Positions 9,182-21,100 of a stretch of DNA of 64,000 nucleotides are shown piece after piece (position 1 is the stretch's first letter; each line of letters starts with the position of its first letter). The notes under the pieces were generated by a model, which saw only the letters and a list, made by a program, of their open reading frames with translations, was not told where the DNA came from and ran no database searches. This DNA is from a virus. The translations under genes were made by a program, and so were the position numbers. The stretch is taken from IMG/VR virus record IMGVR_UViG_3300045988_092551, positions 25,210 to 89,209 of that record; one strand, written 5' to 3'.

Positions 9182-9508
9182 TTAAAATACATACGAAAGC
9201 CAATGGTAACGCTTTCTTCCCTCACGGTACGTAAGGTTGGTTTGATTATCATAAGCCTCCTGCTCAAAGGAAATGGCACGGTAAGCTTTATGACTGTCTC
9301 TGAGGATGATAAGCCTGGCAAGCCATTCGATGAGATACCACAGATAGAAGAACACATAAAGCATTTCCTTCATTTGCTCGGTATGTATCTGTTCATGATT
9401 GAGCGATACATCACTGATTGGCTTGTCTCTTCTTGTGAAGAGAACCCCGAATAGGTTCACGTAACTGAAACCTCTAGGGGGAATGAATCTGTTCTTTACT
9501 ATCTTCAT
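9182..9508 (-). CDS. HExxH metallopeptidase-like protein
   Basis: ORF 9182-9589. Start moved to MKIVKNRF (9508) to avoid overlap. Contains the LNHEQIHTEQ (HExxH) motif. Confidence 0.45.
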   Translation of the reverse strand: MKIVKNRFIPPRGFSYVNLFGVLFTRRDKPISDVSLNHEQIHTEQMKEMLYVFFYLWYLIEWLARLIILRDSHKAYRAISFEQEAYDNQTNLTYREGRKRYHWLSYVF

Positions 9509-9519
9509 ATCTTCATCTT

Positions 9520-10080
9520 TTAAATAATTGACATTAATAAATACGTGAGGAACACGTCTGCAAACCCTGCTATCTCCAGCCAATACCAAGGGTGGAACTT
9601 GATGCTGCCGATATACCAGAAGCTACTGGTCACCTTGAAGAAATCAGTGGCAACAAGGTAGATGGTATATAGGAGGGCTATCACGAACGTTATCCACCAG
9701 CATACCGACAAACACCAGCCTACACAACCTGCCGCTGCCACGATAGCTGCTGTCTTATGCACGGAATAGGCATCACGGTCGCAGTAATTCGGGGCAAAGC
9801 CTACGAAGCACAATCCTGCACAACCAAGGAAGGCAAGAAACTGAATGCCCATGCCTGTATCGAGCAGGCAGATAAGCATGAGGAAAGCTACCGCAACCAT
9901 GATTAGCGAGAAGAGCCAACCCATGTTGCGAGGCTGCTTGAAAGGAGCGATTTCGCTGCCCGTAGTAGGCTGCAACTGATAGTATGTATCGCTCACCATA
10001 TTAGGGATGCCGAAGCGCAAAGCCATCAACAGTAGATACCCTCCAAGAAGGAGGAATGAGATAAATGCAAGATACCACAT
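9520..10080 (-). CDS. multi-pass membrane protein
   Basis: 186 aa with 5-6 hydrophobic helices. Confidence 0.5.
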   Translation of the reverse strand: MWYLAFISFLLLGGYLLLMALRFGIPNMVSDTYYQLQPTTGSEIAPFKQPRNMGWLFSLIMVAVAFLMLICLLDTGMGIQFLAFLGCAGLCFVGFAPNYCDRDAYSVHKTAAIVAAAGCVGWCLSVCWWITFVIALLYTIYLVATDFFKVTSSFWYIGSIKFHPWYWLEIAGFADVFLTYLLMSII

Positions 10081-10084
10081 AAGC

Positions 10085-10723
10085 CTACACCTCCATCTTT
10101 AACTTGTCAGGATAGCCTGCACGATAATCATAGGTCAGGACACCTTCGATATTATCCAACTCGCTCACTGCCTTCTTGTGCGCTGCCGTCACATTGAAGC
10201 ACTCCAGGGCATACATTTCGAGGGCTGAGAGCAACTGTATAGCCTTGTCGCAGTCTACTTCGAGCTGATAGCTTCCCAGCCAGAGCGTAGTCTTCTGCTG
10301 TCCCATGCTCTTGGCAATGCTGGTAGAGTTCATCAGTCCTACTCTGGTAGCCTTGTCGAGCCATACCTCCATGCCGTTCAGCAGGAAGGAATTGACGGAC
10401 GAAGAAGCATCGTACTTTTCAATGTAGGCAAGCATCGCCTTCTTCATGTATTCCAATGGCTCTGCGCCAAGACCCTCACTAATCTCTTTAATCTCTTCCA
10501 TGCTTGCCTGTTCTCCACTCGACAAGATGTCGTTCAAGACAAATTCCATACTAGGCTTGTAGTCATACCGCTCAAGCATATAATCACACAGGGAGGATTC
10601 CTTTTCCTGCCCATCCTCTGTTTTTTCAACCTGCATGGTCTTAGCCCATGCCACTCTGTAGATGTCACCATCTATCACCCTAAAAGCCGCAAAATCGGCT
10701 GATTCACCAAATGTTTTAACCAT
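10085..10723 (-). CDS. tail-fibre accessory/assembly-like protein
   Basis: 212 aa directly downstream of the fibre gene. The C-terminal half resembles the DUF4376-type domain (from memory), seen next to phage fibres. Confidence 0.35.
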   Translation of the reverse strand: MVKTFGESADFAAFRVIDGDIYRVAWAKTMQVEKTEDGQEKESSLCDYMLERYDYKPSMEFVLNDILSSGEQASMEEIKEISEGLGAEPLEYMKKAMLAYIEKYDASSSVNSFLLNGMEVWLDKATRVGLMNSTSIAKSMGQQKTTLWLGSYQLEVDCDKAIQLLSALEMYALECFNVTAAHKKAVSELDNIEGVLTYDYRAGYPDKLKMEV

Positions 10724-10815
10724 ATTATTACAATATAATTTCGTTTTTAAATATATTCTCCATTACTACCTTTTTCTTGCTTAAAGAAATGTGGTAAAAT
10801 AACAAAGTCTAAGTG

Positions 10816-13800
10816 TTAAACAGAGCACACGGGACGGACACGATATACAGCTACCTTATCGTAATAATCAAAACGATTATTTAATACATTTAATGCCCAT
10901 GCGTTGTCTATGTCTCCCTGAGTAGAAGTCCAATATAACCCACCATCAAATGTAGTAGAGCCAATAATATCAAATGCCTCATTAATTTTAGAAATATTAT
11001 TACTAGCATCCTTTGCTTCGCCTAGCGACCACAGATAACCTATATTACCATTCTTGAATATATAATTGCGACAATACGCAGCAGCAGCAGCTTCTGTACC
11101 GAATCGTGCAATAATCTTTTCTGTATTCAATTTTCCTGCATAGTCTTTTATTGCATTTTCTTTATTAGTAGATGTTACAATTCCAGATACTTGAACAGAA
11201 TCTCCCCAATAGTATGTCTCGTCAGAACGTGTTAAAGCAATTATAAACTTACTATTCTCTGTACCTACATATACACCTACAACCTTGCTATTGTTGGCAG
11301 TATCCCAATTCTCAGAGAGCGTAAAGTGTCCATCTGTATCGTATATATATATACCAAGCGGTAATTTAGAATAAGTCATTATTACATTTCTACTTGTACT
11401 AATACCTGCTGTGTAAGACTGACTTACAGGTGTAGCATATTCACTTATTCTACTTACACTTACTGTATACGTATTAACCGAAGGAATCTTGAACACAAGC
11501 GGTGTTCCCTTCCAGGTCTGCGTCTGTGTCTCTCCATTCATCGTGTTCTTGACGGTCACAACAGCACCGTTCAGCTTGCTATCTGACGATGATACTGTAC
11601 TTTTGAGCGTCACCGTCACGGTCTCATAGTAACCACCTCCACTAATCTCTCCCCACGTAGCCTTGCCGTTCGCTATGTTGTAGAGCTGATAGAATTTATA
11701 TCCATGCTCGGCAGAGCTGTCCGCTACTCGGCACATATATCCTACCTTGAATGAGCGTGTCGTTCCGTTATCACTGAAGGTCAGCGTGCTTGATGTAGGA
11801 GCAGATGAGAGCGTAGGAATCACATATTCCGTATCAGTGAATTTGGCATTCGCTGGCACATTTGCATAGACGGTATGACCATTAACTTTGGAAGCATTAT
11901 CCGCAATTGATGCGCTCGCTGCTTTTGCTGTTTTCTCAAGATATTTACTGTCTGCATCAGCAGTTTTAAGATATGCTGCCAAACTTTGATGAGAGGTAAG
12001 GAATCCGCTATCGTTAGTGAGTTGTGATACCTTAGTTGGTATTTGCGAAGTCTTGGCGTAGCCTGCGAGAGACTGATGTGAGGTAAGATAGTTACCCAAA
12101 TCCACAGGTGTGCCACCAGTGGCAGAAATCGTCTTAGTCACACCATTAATCTTAACACTGTGAGTGTGAGTTTTATCACTCTTTCCGCTAATATCTTGAT
12201 GTGAGGTAAGATAATTACCCTTAGGCTGATACTTGGCTGCTGCGTCAGCATCTGTGATATACTTCAACCCCTTGACCCAGCTCTCAGTTGCATATCCTGC
12301 GAGAGACTGATGTGAGGTAAGATAGTTACCCAAATCCACAGGTGTGCCACCAGTGGCAGGAATCGTCTTAATTACACCATTAATCTTAACACTGTGAGTG
12401 TGAGTTTTATCACTCTTTCCGCTAATATCTTGATGTGAGGTAAGATAGTTACCTCTAGGCTGATACTTGGCGGCTGCGTCAGCATCGGTGATATACTTCA
12501 ACCCCTTGACCCAGCTCTCAGTTGCATATCCTGCGAGACTCTGATGTGAGGTGAGGAATGTTGCACCTTTTACAATAGCTAACGTCTTTCCGCTCTTTGT
12601 GATTGCTGTCACCGCATTGCCCGAACCGCTTACGTTTATAGCATTCACGTATCCGTCTAGCGACTGATGGGAGGTCAGATAATTGCCTATCGGCTGATAG
12701 GTCTGTCTTGCAACCTCAGTGGTAAGATACGCTGCGAGGATAGTTGCAACCTCCTTCTTGGTATAGGTATCGGTTATTCCGTATCCTCCGAGCGTAGTTG
12801 ACTTATCAGCCTTCTTAGCAATAGCTTCCTCGATTGCCTTGTGAAGATTATCATCCTTTGCTAACTTGTCTGCAATCTCTTTCAGTGTATCAAGTGATTC
12901 AGGCGCTCCACCGACAAGATCAGCTATAGCCTTGCGGAATGAACCCTCAACTGTTGATGCACCGTTGATGATGTCAATGATGGCTTGCAAAGATGCCTCC
13001 TTTGCGGTCGCACGCTGCATTTCTTCCGTAAGCGATGTTCCCAGCGCATACTTGCTGTGAGTGTGTGACGTGATGTCACCAGTAAGCACTTTTTCTACCT
13101 TCTCCTTTGTAAGCTGATAGGAAGAAGAGACGGACACACCGCTGTCAATAAACTCACCCTGTGCGTCATCATATATCCACCAGTTGCCGTTTTGCACGTA
13201 AGGGGATTTTCCGTTTTCGCCCTTATCGCCCTTTACACCTTGCTCACCTTGAATACCCTGCTCACCTTGGATACCTTGTTCGCCTTGAATACCCTGTTCA
13301 CCTTGGATACCCTGCTCTCCCTTATCGCCTTTGTCACCTTTTTCGCCCTTTACATAGATATTGCTCTTTACGTAAGATTTCGAGTCCTTATCCCATGCGT
13401 ATACATAGTTGTCTTCCCCGATATATGTAGGATGGTTGGCAGTATCATTAGCATTATCAGCGGCATCAAGAGCTGCCTGCTTAGATGTAGCAAAATCAGT
13501 CTCTCGCTTTGATTCCGCAGCGACACGACCTTCCTCTGCCTTAACCCTCAATGCCTCGGCATTGGTGATGGAAGTGTTTACCTCGTTGGCTTTTCTTGCT
13601 TCACTGTTAGCGTTATCGGCAGCTGCGTTCGCTCTGTTTGCGGCATCAATGGCTGCTTGCTTCTGCTCTGTAATGTCCGTGATAGAAGCATCTACTCTGT
13701 CAGCAGCTTCGTTTGCTTTTTGCGCTGCAACCTCCGCAGACTTCGCCTTTGCATCGGCATTGGCGGCAGATTTATTAGCCTTATCAGCCGCATTGTTGGC

Positions 13801-14835
13801 ATTTGTCGTTGCGGTGTTCGCATTCTCGGTCGCAGTATTCGCATTCTCAGTTGCGGCATTGGCGTTATCGGTTGCGGTCTTACATGCTTCGGTCTGTGTC
13901 CTGGATTCCGCAGCGGCATCGGTAGCAGGCTTCATCAGCTCTGCCTTGTCACTTTCCGTGAGGTCGGCAAAGCGGAGACGGATTCCCTTTGGAATACCGA
14001 GGTTCAGCTTGTAGACAGGGTTTCCGTCGGTATCTGTGCCCGAAGCTGATACGGAAGCCGTAGCTTCTGCGTCCTCGGCTAGGGTAGTCACATTGCCGAT
14101 GAGAAACTGAGGGGTCTTGCCCGTAAAGCCACGGAAACCGCTCATATCTACAAGATAGGAGTAGAACTTCCGTCCTTGCTCATTAAGAGCAACAACATAA
14201 AGTTTGGCGTTATCCTCGTCCTCCACATTAGCGGTATTGATGAGAATGAAATCATTCTCTGCAAAGGTGTTTACGTCCGTAGCATTCATCGCTGAAACGG
14301 AAGCGAATACCTTCTTAATCTGAAAAGCCTTACCAGTAAGGTTCACGTCCGTCTTGTCATAGCTATCAGTTGTCACATTCCATTTGTAATAGTAACCATC
14401 TGCGTCTACATAAGGAGGATGCGAGTAGGTAGACAATGCCTTTCTCGTTGCATCGTCCGCACTAGTTTTTGACTGTTTGAAGTCAATCTCACGCTTCTTC
14501 TCAGCTTCCACACGGTTAGCCTCGGCAGCGCGACGCATCTTCTCAGCAGATTCACGTGACTTCTCTGCCTCCGTCACCTTATCGGAAAGCACCTGCGCCT
14601 TGCTGATAGCCATCTGTGCTTTGTCGATAGCCTCAGACAAATCTACACCCTTATCCCACCAGTCGGTATCCGTAAGAGGATGACCGACACTTGTCATAGT
14701 GTTTGGGTCTACCCGTTTACAGATATATACAGTTACACTATCAATAACGATGTAGTCGAGCAACTGATACGCATAAGTAGGACTATAGGCTGTACCCACC
14801 TTAGTTGGGATAATTTTAATTACTTTCTTAGCCAT
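10816..14835 (-). CDS. tail fibre with Ala-rich coiled coil, collagen-like G-X-Y run, YLTSHQ repeats and lectin-like C-terminus
   Basis: 1339 aa. Contains GEKGDKGDKGEQGIQG x4 and 8 or more (N)YLTSHQ(S/D) repeats. The C-terminus (YWTSTQ...NAWALNV...YRVRPV) resembles DUF1566/C-type-lectin-fold receptor-binding domains. Confidence 0.8.
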   Translation of the reverse strand: MAKKVIKIIPTKVGTAYSPTYAYQLLDYIVIDSVTVYICKRVDPNTMTSVGHPLTDTDWWDKGVDLSEAIDKAQMAISKAQVLSDKVTEAEKSRESAEKMRRAAEANRVEAEKKREIDFKQSKTSADDATRKALSTYSHPPYVDADGYYYKWNVTTDSYDKTDVNLTGKAFQIKKVFASVSAMNATDVNTFAENDFILINTANVEDEDNAKLYVVALNEQGRKFYSYLVDMSGFRGFTGKTPQFLIGNVTTLAEDAEATASVSASGTDTDGNPVYKLNLGIPKGIRLRFADLTESDKAELMKPATDAAAESRTQTEACKTATDNANAATENANTATENANTATTNANNAADKANKSAANADAKAKSAEVAAQKANEAADRVDASITDITEQKQAAIDAANRANAAADNANSEARKANEVNTSITNAEALRVKAEEGRVAAESKRETDFATSKQAALDAADNANDTANHPTYIGEDNYVYAWDKDSKSYVKSNIYVKGEKGDKGDKGEQGIQGEQGIQGEQGIQGEQGIQGEQGVKGDKGENGKSPYVQNGNWWIYDDAQGEFIDSGVSVSSSYQLTKEKVEKVLTGDITSHTHSKYALGTSLTEEMQRATAKEASLQAIIDIINGASTVEGSFRKAIADLVGGAPESLDTLKEIADKLAKDDNLHKAIEEAIAKKADKSTTLGGYGITDTYTKKEVATILAAYLTTEVARQTYQPIGNYLTSHQSLDGYVNAINVSGSGNAVTAITKSGKTLAIVKGATFLTSHQSLAGYATESWVKGLKYITDADAAAKYQPRGNYLTSHQDISGKSDKTHTHSVKINGVIKTIPATGGTPVDLGNYLTSHQSLAGYATESWVKGLKYITDADAAAKYQPKGNYLTSHQDISGKSDKTHTHSVKINGVTKTISATGGTPVDLGNYLTSHQSLAGYAKTSQIPTKVSQLTNDSGFLTSHQSLAAYLKTADADSKYLEKTAKAASASIADNASKVNGHTVYANVPANAKFTDTEYVIPTLSSAPTSSTLTFSDNGTTRSFKVGYMCRVADSSAEHGYKFYQLYNIANGKATWGEISGGGYYETVTVTLKSTVSSSDSKLNGAVVTVKNTMNGETQTQTWKGTPLVFKIPSVNTYTVSVSRISEYATPVSQSYTAGISTSRNVIMTYSKLPLGIYIYDTDGHFTLSENWDTANNSKVVGVYVGTENSKFIIALTRSDETYYWGDSVQVSGIVTSTNKENAIKDYAGKLNTEKIIARFGTEAAAAAYCRNYIFKNGNIGYLWSLGEAKDASNNISKINEAFDIIGSTTFDGGLYWTSTQGDIDNAWALNVLNNRFDYYDKVAVYRVRPVCSV
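12063..12555. repeat. 234-nt tandem duplication inside the fibre gene
   Basis: CTGCGAGAGACTGATGTGAGG restarts at 12063, 12297 and 12531 (third copy diverged). Copies 1 and 2 are near-identical (78-aa unit). Confidence 0.85.
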
Positions 14836-14888
14836 AATATTTTACTTTTACATATTATATACATATATGATTCTTGTAATACTGATAT

Positions 14889-15161
14889 TTAACTGTCTAT
14901 AGACAGACATCCAGACTTCGGGTCAAACGAAACCGTAAATTTAGAAATGGTTTTAACCTGCTCTTGCCACTCCACGAAAGTACCTTCATATCCTGCATCC
15001 CTAGCAACCTCGTATGCCGATTTTCCACGAAAATCAGAACCTGCTATTCTGTAGCACTTTTGTGATTCACCTTCTTTACGTATAAGAAGTAAGGTGTCTG
15101 TATCATTGAGCTTGTCTACTGCGGACAGCTCAGTTACATTAATTGTTCCTGTTATTTCCAT
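14889..15161 (-). CDS. small tail-associated protein
   Basis: 90-aa ORF between the two giant tail genes. Confidence 0.5.
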   Translation of the reverse strand: MEITGTINVTELSAVDKLNDTDTLLLIRKEGESQKCYRIAGSDFRGKSAYEVARDAGYEGTFVEWQEQVKTISKFTVSFDPKSGCLSIDS

Positions 15162-15186
15162 AAGCTTATTTATATTTTATAATTAT

Positions 15187-18100
15187 TTACGCATTTCTAT
15201 GCGAACCGTTGAAGTAAGCATAACACCAATTCTCTCCATCAAAAATGAAATAGGTAAAAGTACCTGCTCTACCTATCTCTATTTTAGTCTGCAAACTGCC
15301 ATCTGAATACATCTTCCCTGTACCGTAACCACCAGAACTGTCATACTCGATATACACGTTTGACGACACTTTAGAGTAAATCAGCAAAGTCTGACCTACA
15401 ACAGGACCAGCAGGCAATTTTAGTGTAATACCACCTTTCGTAACTATCACTATACAATCAGAGCTACTTATTTGCCCGCTATAATTCATAATTCTCAGAT
15501 TAGGAGCAATAACTCCTTGTATAGCACCGTTTGTCTGCAAAGCCGTTGGTGTACCTGTAAAACCCTTGGCAATAACATTTATAGCCAACGCAGGCGAATC
15601 TTTCTTACTCTGTTCAGAATAAATATACTGCACTGGTTCGTATTGGGTATTATAAGCATAATTTGTTGGAAGATTCATGTTGTTATTCGAACCTTTACAG
15701 ACAGTTCTTGCAGCCATTCCAAACCACACGGCATTAAAATGATCCGCAGATGACTGATATGAAAACTCCGTACAGGACGTACCTACGCGAAAATAATCAG
15801 TATAAAGTGAACCACCTCGGATAAATAACGGGCAATACTGAATACCAGATACAACAGTTGCACCATTATATTCTGTACCCTTCGCTTGCATAATATCCCC
15901 CCAATTATCATCCTTTTTAATGCTCCATATTCCGATTTTGCTATCTCCTGTGACATTAAGCTTAGTAGCTGTAATCTCCTGAGCATTGATACCTTTAGCT
16001 ACGACGTCTCCTGCATTAATGAATTTCGCATTGAGCTTTCCATTTTGGAACATAGCAGCTTCGTCATAGCCCTCAGAAGGATTGGCTTTCGGGGTTTTTA
16101 CCTGTACTTTGTTTCCGTACAAGGTGACTTGTTCGCTCGTAATCTCTATACCAGCCTTCTTCAAGCTCGCCTTGTCAACCAAATCAGTTTTTCGCTCGGT
16201 GTACTCGGTCATGGTTGCACCTACCTCCAACTTAGGTTGGCAGACATATACATCATTACCGTTATTGCATCGTATAAGCAGATTCTCGGGAAGAGGGTGT
16301 TCGCTTGATGTATTAAGATGATAGTGTACCCAATAGCGTTTCCATTCGTTTGTTAGCTTGAAATCAACATTGCCATCTGTCGATACGGCATCATGTTTAT
16401 TGTTAGAACTCTCTACAAAGAAACGAGGTGTTCCATCCTTCCAAAGATAAGTACTAACCACACCCGTGCCCTTAGCGAGGAAAGAGAACATATAGTCTTG
16501 CCCATCATTGATGCGCCCGACCATATTCCATTGTAGCATTTCAATATACGTACTTGTTGTGTTGTTAGAATGAGCAACGGCATAAGCGTATTCGTAACCT
16601 TCATTGATAATTTCGCTACTCTCTATTTTAAGATTACCACTCTTTTCCAATGACCTTGTATTATCAAGGATGTTGCCGCCAACATAATCGTAATCGTTAT
16701 CCGATAACGTCCAACCGCCATACGTATCGCCCTCTTCCATCATAGGCTTACAGATATAAGCGTGGCATGTAGGATAATCAGTCGCACCAGTTGCGTCAGT
16801 TACCTTTGGAACGTTCTTATTATTGCTCCAGAAGTTCACGGCTAAGAATTCGGTTGCTTTTGCGTTGTTGGTATCAAGCACACAACTAATTTTCTCCCAC
16901 TTATTCTTTTCGTGAACCTTGAAAGCAACACTTATCGCACTATCCACATTGTCTCTGCTCTGCTGATTGATGCTCTTCATGTAGAGGCATTCGATGTTAA
17001 ACGTCAAGTCTAAGTTGTCGCTCTTTATCCAACATGAAAATACATACTTCTTACCCTTGACGATAGGAATGTTTGTAACAACACTATTTCCCTGTGTCGA
17101 ATCCCAAAAAGCACCGATGTAGTTGCCCTCTCCTGTTCCCGAATACTTATCCGAGCTGTAAATGCAGTTTACGCCATCAACGCCTGTATTCTTCTCGATG
17201 CGAGCTACTGAATTTATAAACACGCTGTCCTGATTGCGGAATGCGCTATTCACCAAGAGATTGCGCCTTCCAATAGACTTTTCGCTTACAGAGAGGGAGA
17301 TTTCTCTTGCCGTCTGTATGATAGAGCTTTTCCACTCCTTTAGTTCATTGCCTGTCGGCAAACCATCCAGCTTACCCGACATATCATTCACCTTACCCGA
17401 TATTTCAGAATACTGAGAAGTCAAAGTCTTATTATTGCTATACACATGGGCTACAAACTTGGTGATATTAACCTGGAATTTTACATAAGCGTAGTGTAAT
17501 CCACCATGTTCGTCTGTAATCTGAACCTGAGCATATCCATTCTGAGCGGGCATTGTAATCCCGTCTACAGTAACATTAGTTATATTCTGGATAATAACCA
17601 TGTTCTTTTTTTGACCAGGACCAGGAGTGCAATTTAAATGATGGTTGTTGGTAAGCGAAAAACCACAATTGTTCGTTACATCCTGACCGTTACGATAACA
17701 TTTAATCTCAGCCGACTGCTTGGGAGTGAGAAGTTTCCCTTCATCGTTAGTATCAAATATAACCACCTCTGGAATTATCTGATATTCGAACTCACTGCCG
17801 ATAGTATAATTACCTATAGCTAATTGCTCGTCACCGTCTTTCTGCTTCAGAATAATATCAATAGTCTTAGCTGACGGGAAAGCCAAAAGGTCAATATAGC
17901 TATCACTCATCACGTCACTGTCCTTATACGCAAGATATTCTCCGTTAATGTATACATTACACGTCAGCGTATTATTCCACTTGCTAATAAGGTGTGTTAT
18001 ATTAGTTTTCTCCTGTATCTTATGAACATAGATATAGACTTTTTTCTCCTGCAACAAGAAATCTACAGTATAAGTGACTGGGGAAACTCCAGCAACGCCA

Positions 18101-21100
18101 GGGTCGCCTTTTTCACCCTTGTCGCCTTGCTCACCCTTAATCTTGCTCCAAGTGTACTTGGTAACGTTCGTAGAGTCTTTCTGTTCATAGTCGGTGTACT
18201 GACCTATCCAGCTGCCAGGTGTCTCGCCGTCGTTGACAGTCAGTGTCTGACCACCATCATTTGAGTATTTGATATGCAGGTAACTGGTACGTCCATCTGC
18301 ACCATTCTTGCCTGGTATGCCGTTCGTGCCGTCCTTACCCTGCAAACCCTCAAATCTGCTCCAAGTGTAAACGTTAGGGTCTGTAGAGTCGTTAGGAAGG
18401 AAGTCCACATACGTACCGATATACGTATTTGGAGTTTCAGTCATCTGTGCCGCTGTAGTAGGGTTGGCTTCAGAAGAATACTTGATATGGAAATAAGTAG
18501 TCTTGCCGTCCTTGCCTGGAGTACCAGGAATACCCTGCTCACCAGTCTCACCTTGCAGACCACGCAAGCCCTGCTCACCTTGCTCGCCTTTATCTCCTTT
18601 GTCACCTTTTTCTCCTTTATCGCCATCTTTGAGTACAGGAATATCCATAGTTGCAAGAAGCACGTCCCCACGATGTTTAGTTCCATCAGCTGTTACTGAA
18701 AGCGTATAACAATCCAGTGTAAAATAGGCAGGGAGATTCTGAGCGGCAGCATCATTCGTTTGCAAATCTGTTCTACCTGTATATGGAGAATCTATCTTAA
18801 TATCCTGACAAGACGATTCCCACCAGCATTCATCAAGCACATCTTTCGTATCTCCCATCACCTTGTAGCAGCAAACAGACACTTTTGCAGTGCCGTTTTC
18901 TACATTATCACCATACAACCTACCACTAGAGCCAACACGGAACATACCGTTAGTTTCGATATTATAAAACACCGTGATAGGAGAGAAAGGTTTTTCAGGG
19001 TCTTCTGTAAACCACATGAAATTATTAGCATTGAACTTCACCTGCTCTGGCGATATAACACACGTGCAGGTCTTCCATTGATATGGACTGATAATTTCCA
19101 TACCAGCAGAATCCTTTTTTCCCGTAGAATACAGTGCTCCTAAGTTATGATACATAGTGATTGCCGGAGCATTATCGGTAGCATTGTCCTCGGTCGATGT
19201 AGAGATTTTAATGAGATTACCGCGGCTCTTCCAGCATATCTGGTCACCAACTTGTACAATGACATCACCTTCCGCTGGAGCATCTTGAGCAATACCACTC
19301 TCATAGCCGTAGAAATAGCGGTTAGCTATTAAGTTCCCACCTTCATCTGTCTCCTTATCTTCAAGTTTCATAAGTATACCAGCCATGCTACCCATGCTTT
19401 CAGCAGCAGACACCTCTATGCCATAATCTCCGAATACAAGCATATTAGTTCCATCTGCCGTTACCAATTTATTTGCATAAGTCGGCACGATAGACTCAGA
19501 ACCAAGAAACTTTTCCTTATTAGATAGCACCACGTAGTCATAGAGCTTACCATCATCCAGTATCTCCTGACCTACGCCAACGACAAGTCGCCAATAATAT
19601 CTATTTTGCAATTTTTCATTTTTGCCAGCTTTAACATTAAAGGTCTGACAAAGTGCCATCATGCCTATACGCCACCAGTTCATGGTCCTGGTAGTACCAT
19701 CATCGGCACACGCATAGCACTTATATCCTATACAATTACCATCAGCATCGAAAATTACTGACACCTTAGCAAGCGTACTACCTGCATTCGAGAATATCGT
19801 AGTTCCACCCGAATAACTTATCTTTCGTATCTCTGCGGAAGAGGCGAAAAACTTCTGTCGAACGACAATATTATCGAGGTACATATGTGACTTTCCGTCA
19901 TCGCCCATATAGAGGTCGAAACCTTGAGCACCAATAATAACTCTATCTGAAGGCGTAGAGGCAGCATCATGAATGCGGTCAACAACAACGTCGGAGAGAC
20001 TTGCGCCACCATTCTTATCAATATAATGCTTTCCAGACTCACCTATAGCAAGCCCTTGCAAGAACTTCTGCACCTTCTCCCAAGTTACTGTACCCTTTGC
20101 GGTGTCGTCGGTTATCTTTGAGACGAAGTACTTACTTCCCTCTGCCGCAACCTGGTTCTTGACCTGTGTAGTTGTCAAGCCTGCACCAGTTCCTCCATTT
20201 CCGCTTTGAAGCGACGAAATCTGCTGCTGAATCTTTTGGATAGTTCCAACCTCCTTATCCTCGCGAAGAGTTATATCGTAGGTAGGAATCTTACCGTCAT
20301 CTTCCTTGATTATAAGCTGATCGATAGAAATGGTCCCACCGATTCTAAGGTCAGTATCCTCAAACTCCATCAGATCGCCAGCTTTGAGCGTATCATGAAG
20401 GCTCTTAATGACTCCTGTATCATCTGCCTGTGCTTGGTCATGCTGCCTTGCCATGAAAAGCTCATCAACCTTTGGCTGGTATACATATCTTGTATAGTCG
20501 TTCTTATCAAGATACGCTATTGCGTACTTAAGGAGCTTCAGAGACGCAGCATTGACATACGAATCAGGAAGTGTGATGCCGGTAAGAACGAAATGGTCAC
20601 CTTTCCTGATAGGATAGTCCTTGTATGGGAACCAAAGCTCAAGAGCATCGTCCTTGATTCGCTCGATAGTGAGCCTCCATCTCCCATCAACCTTGGTTGC
20701 GGATGCTACCTTGAACGTTCGGCCACCGCACATACCATCTTTCATGGAGATTGAGAAATCATCGTCCTTCAAGTCGTTAATATCGAAATCGACAGCCTTA
20801 CTGAGGTAGATATCAACGTTCTTGACATTTTCGTTATCATTGAATCTGCCATCATCATCCGGAGATACACCCTCATCAATCTCATCAACACGCACGCCAC
20901 CGATAACCATTTCTTCGATTGTAGGGTAGATTTCGATGATTCCATTTGTTTTATCGTCTGTATCAAAGAACTGCGATGCCGAACGGAGCCCAATCTGGTC
21001 GATATTAACAGAGTCGATATATGGCCTATGTGGATCTGTAGAGAATTTGTGTTGCTTCCCGGTAGGATTCACATACTTTTTATTTGTTTCCGTGAGCGAA

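Noticed and set aside
13409-14014. 201-aa and neighbouring Ala/Ser/Leu-rich ORFs antisense to the fibre gene (also 13161-13512, 13657-14049, 13692-13919)
   Set aside because: They are products of the antisense strand of Ala-rich and collagen-like repeats, with low-complexity sequences. The sense 1339-aa ORF explains the region.
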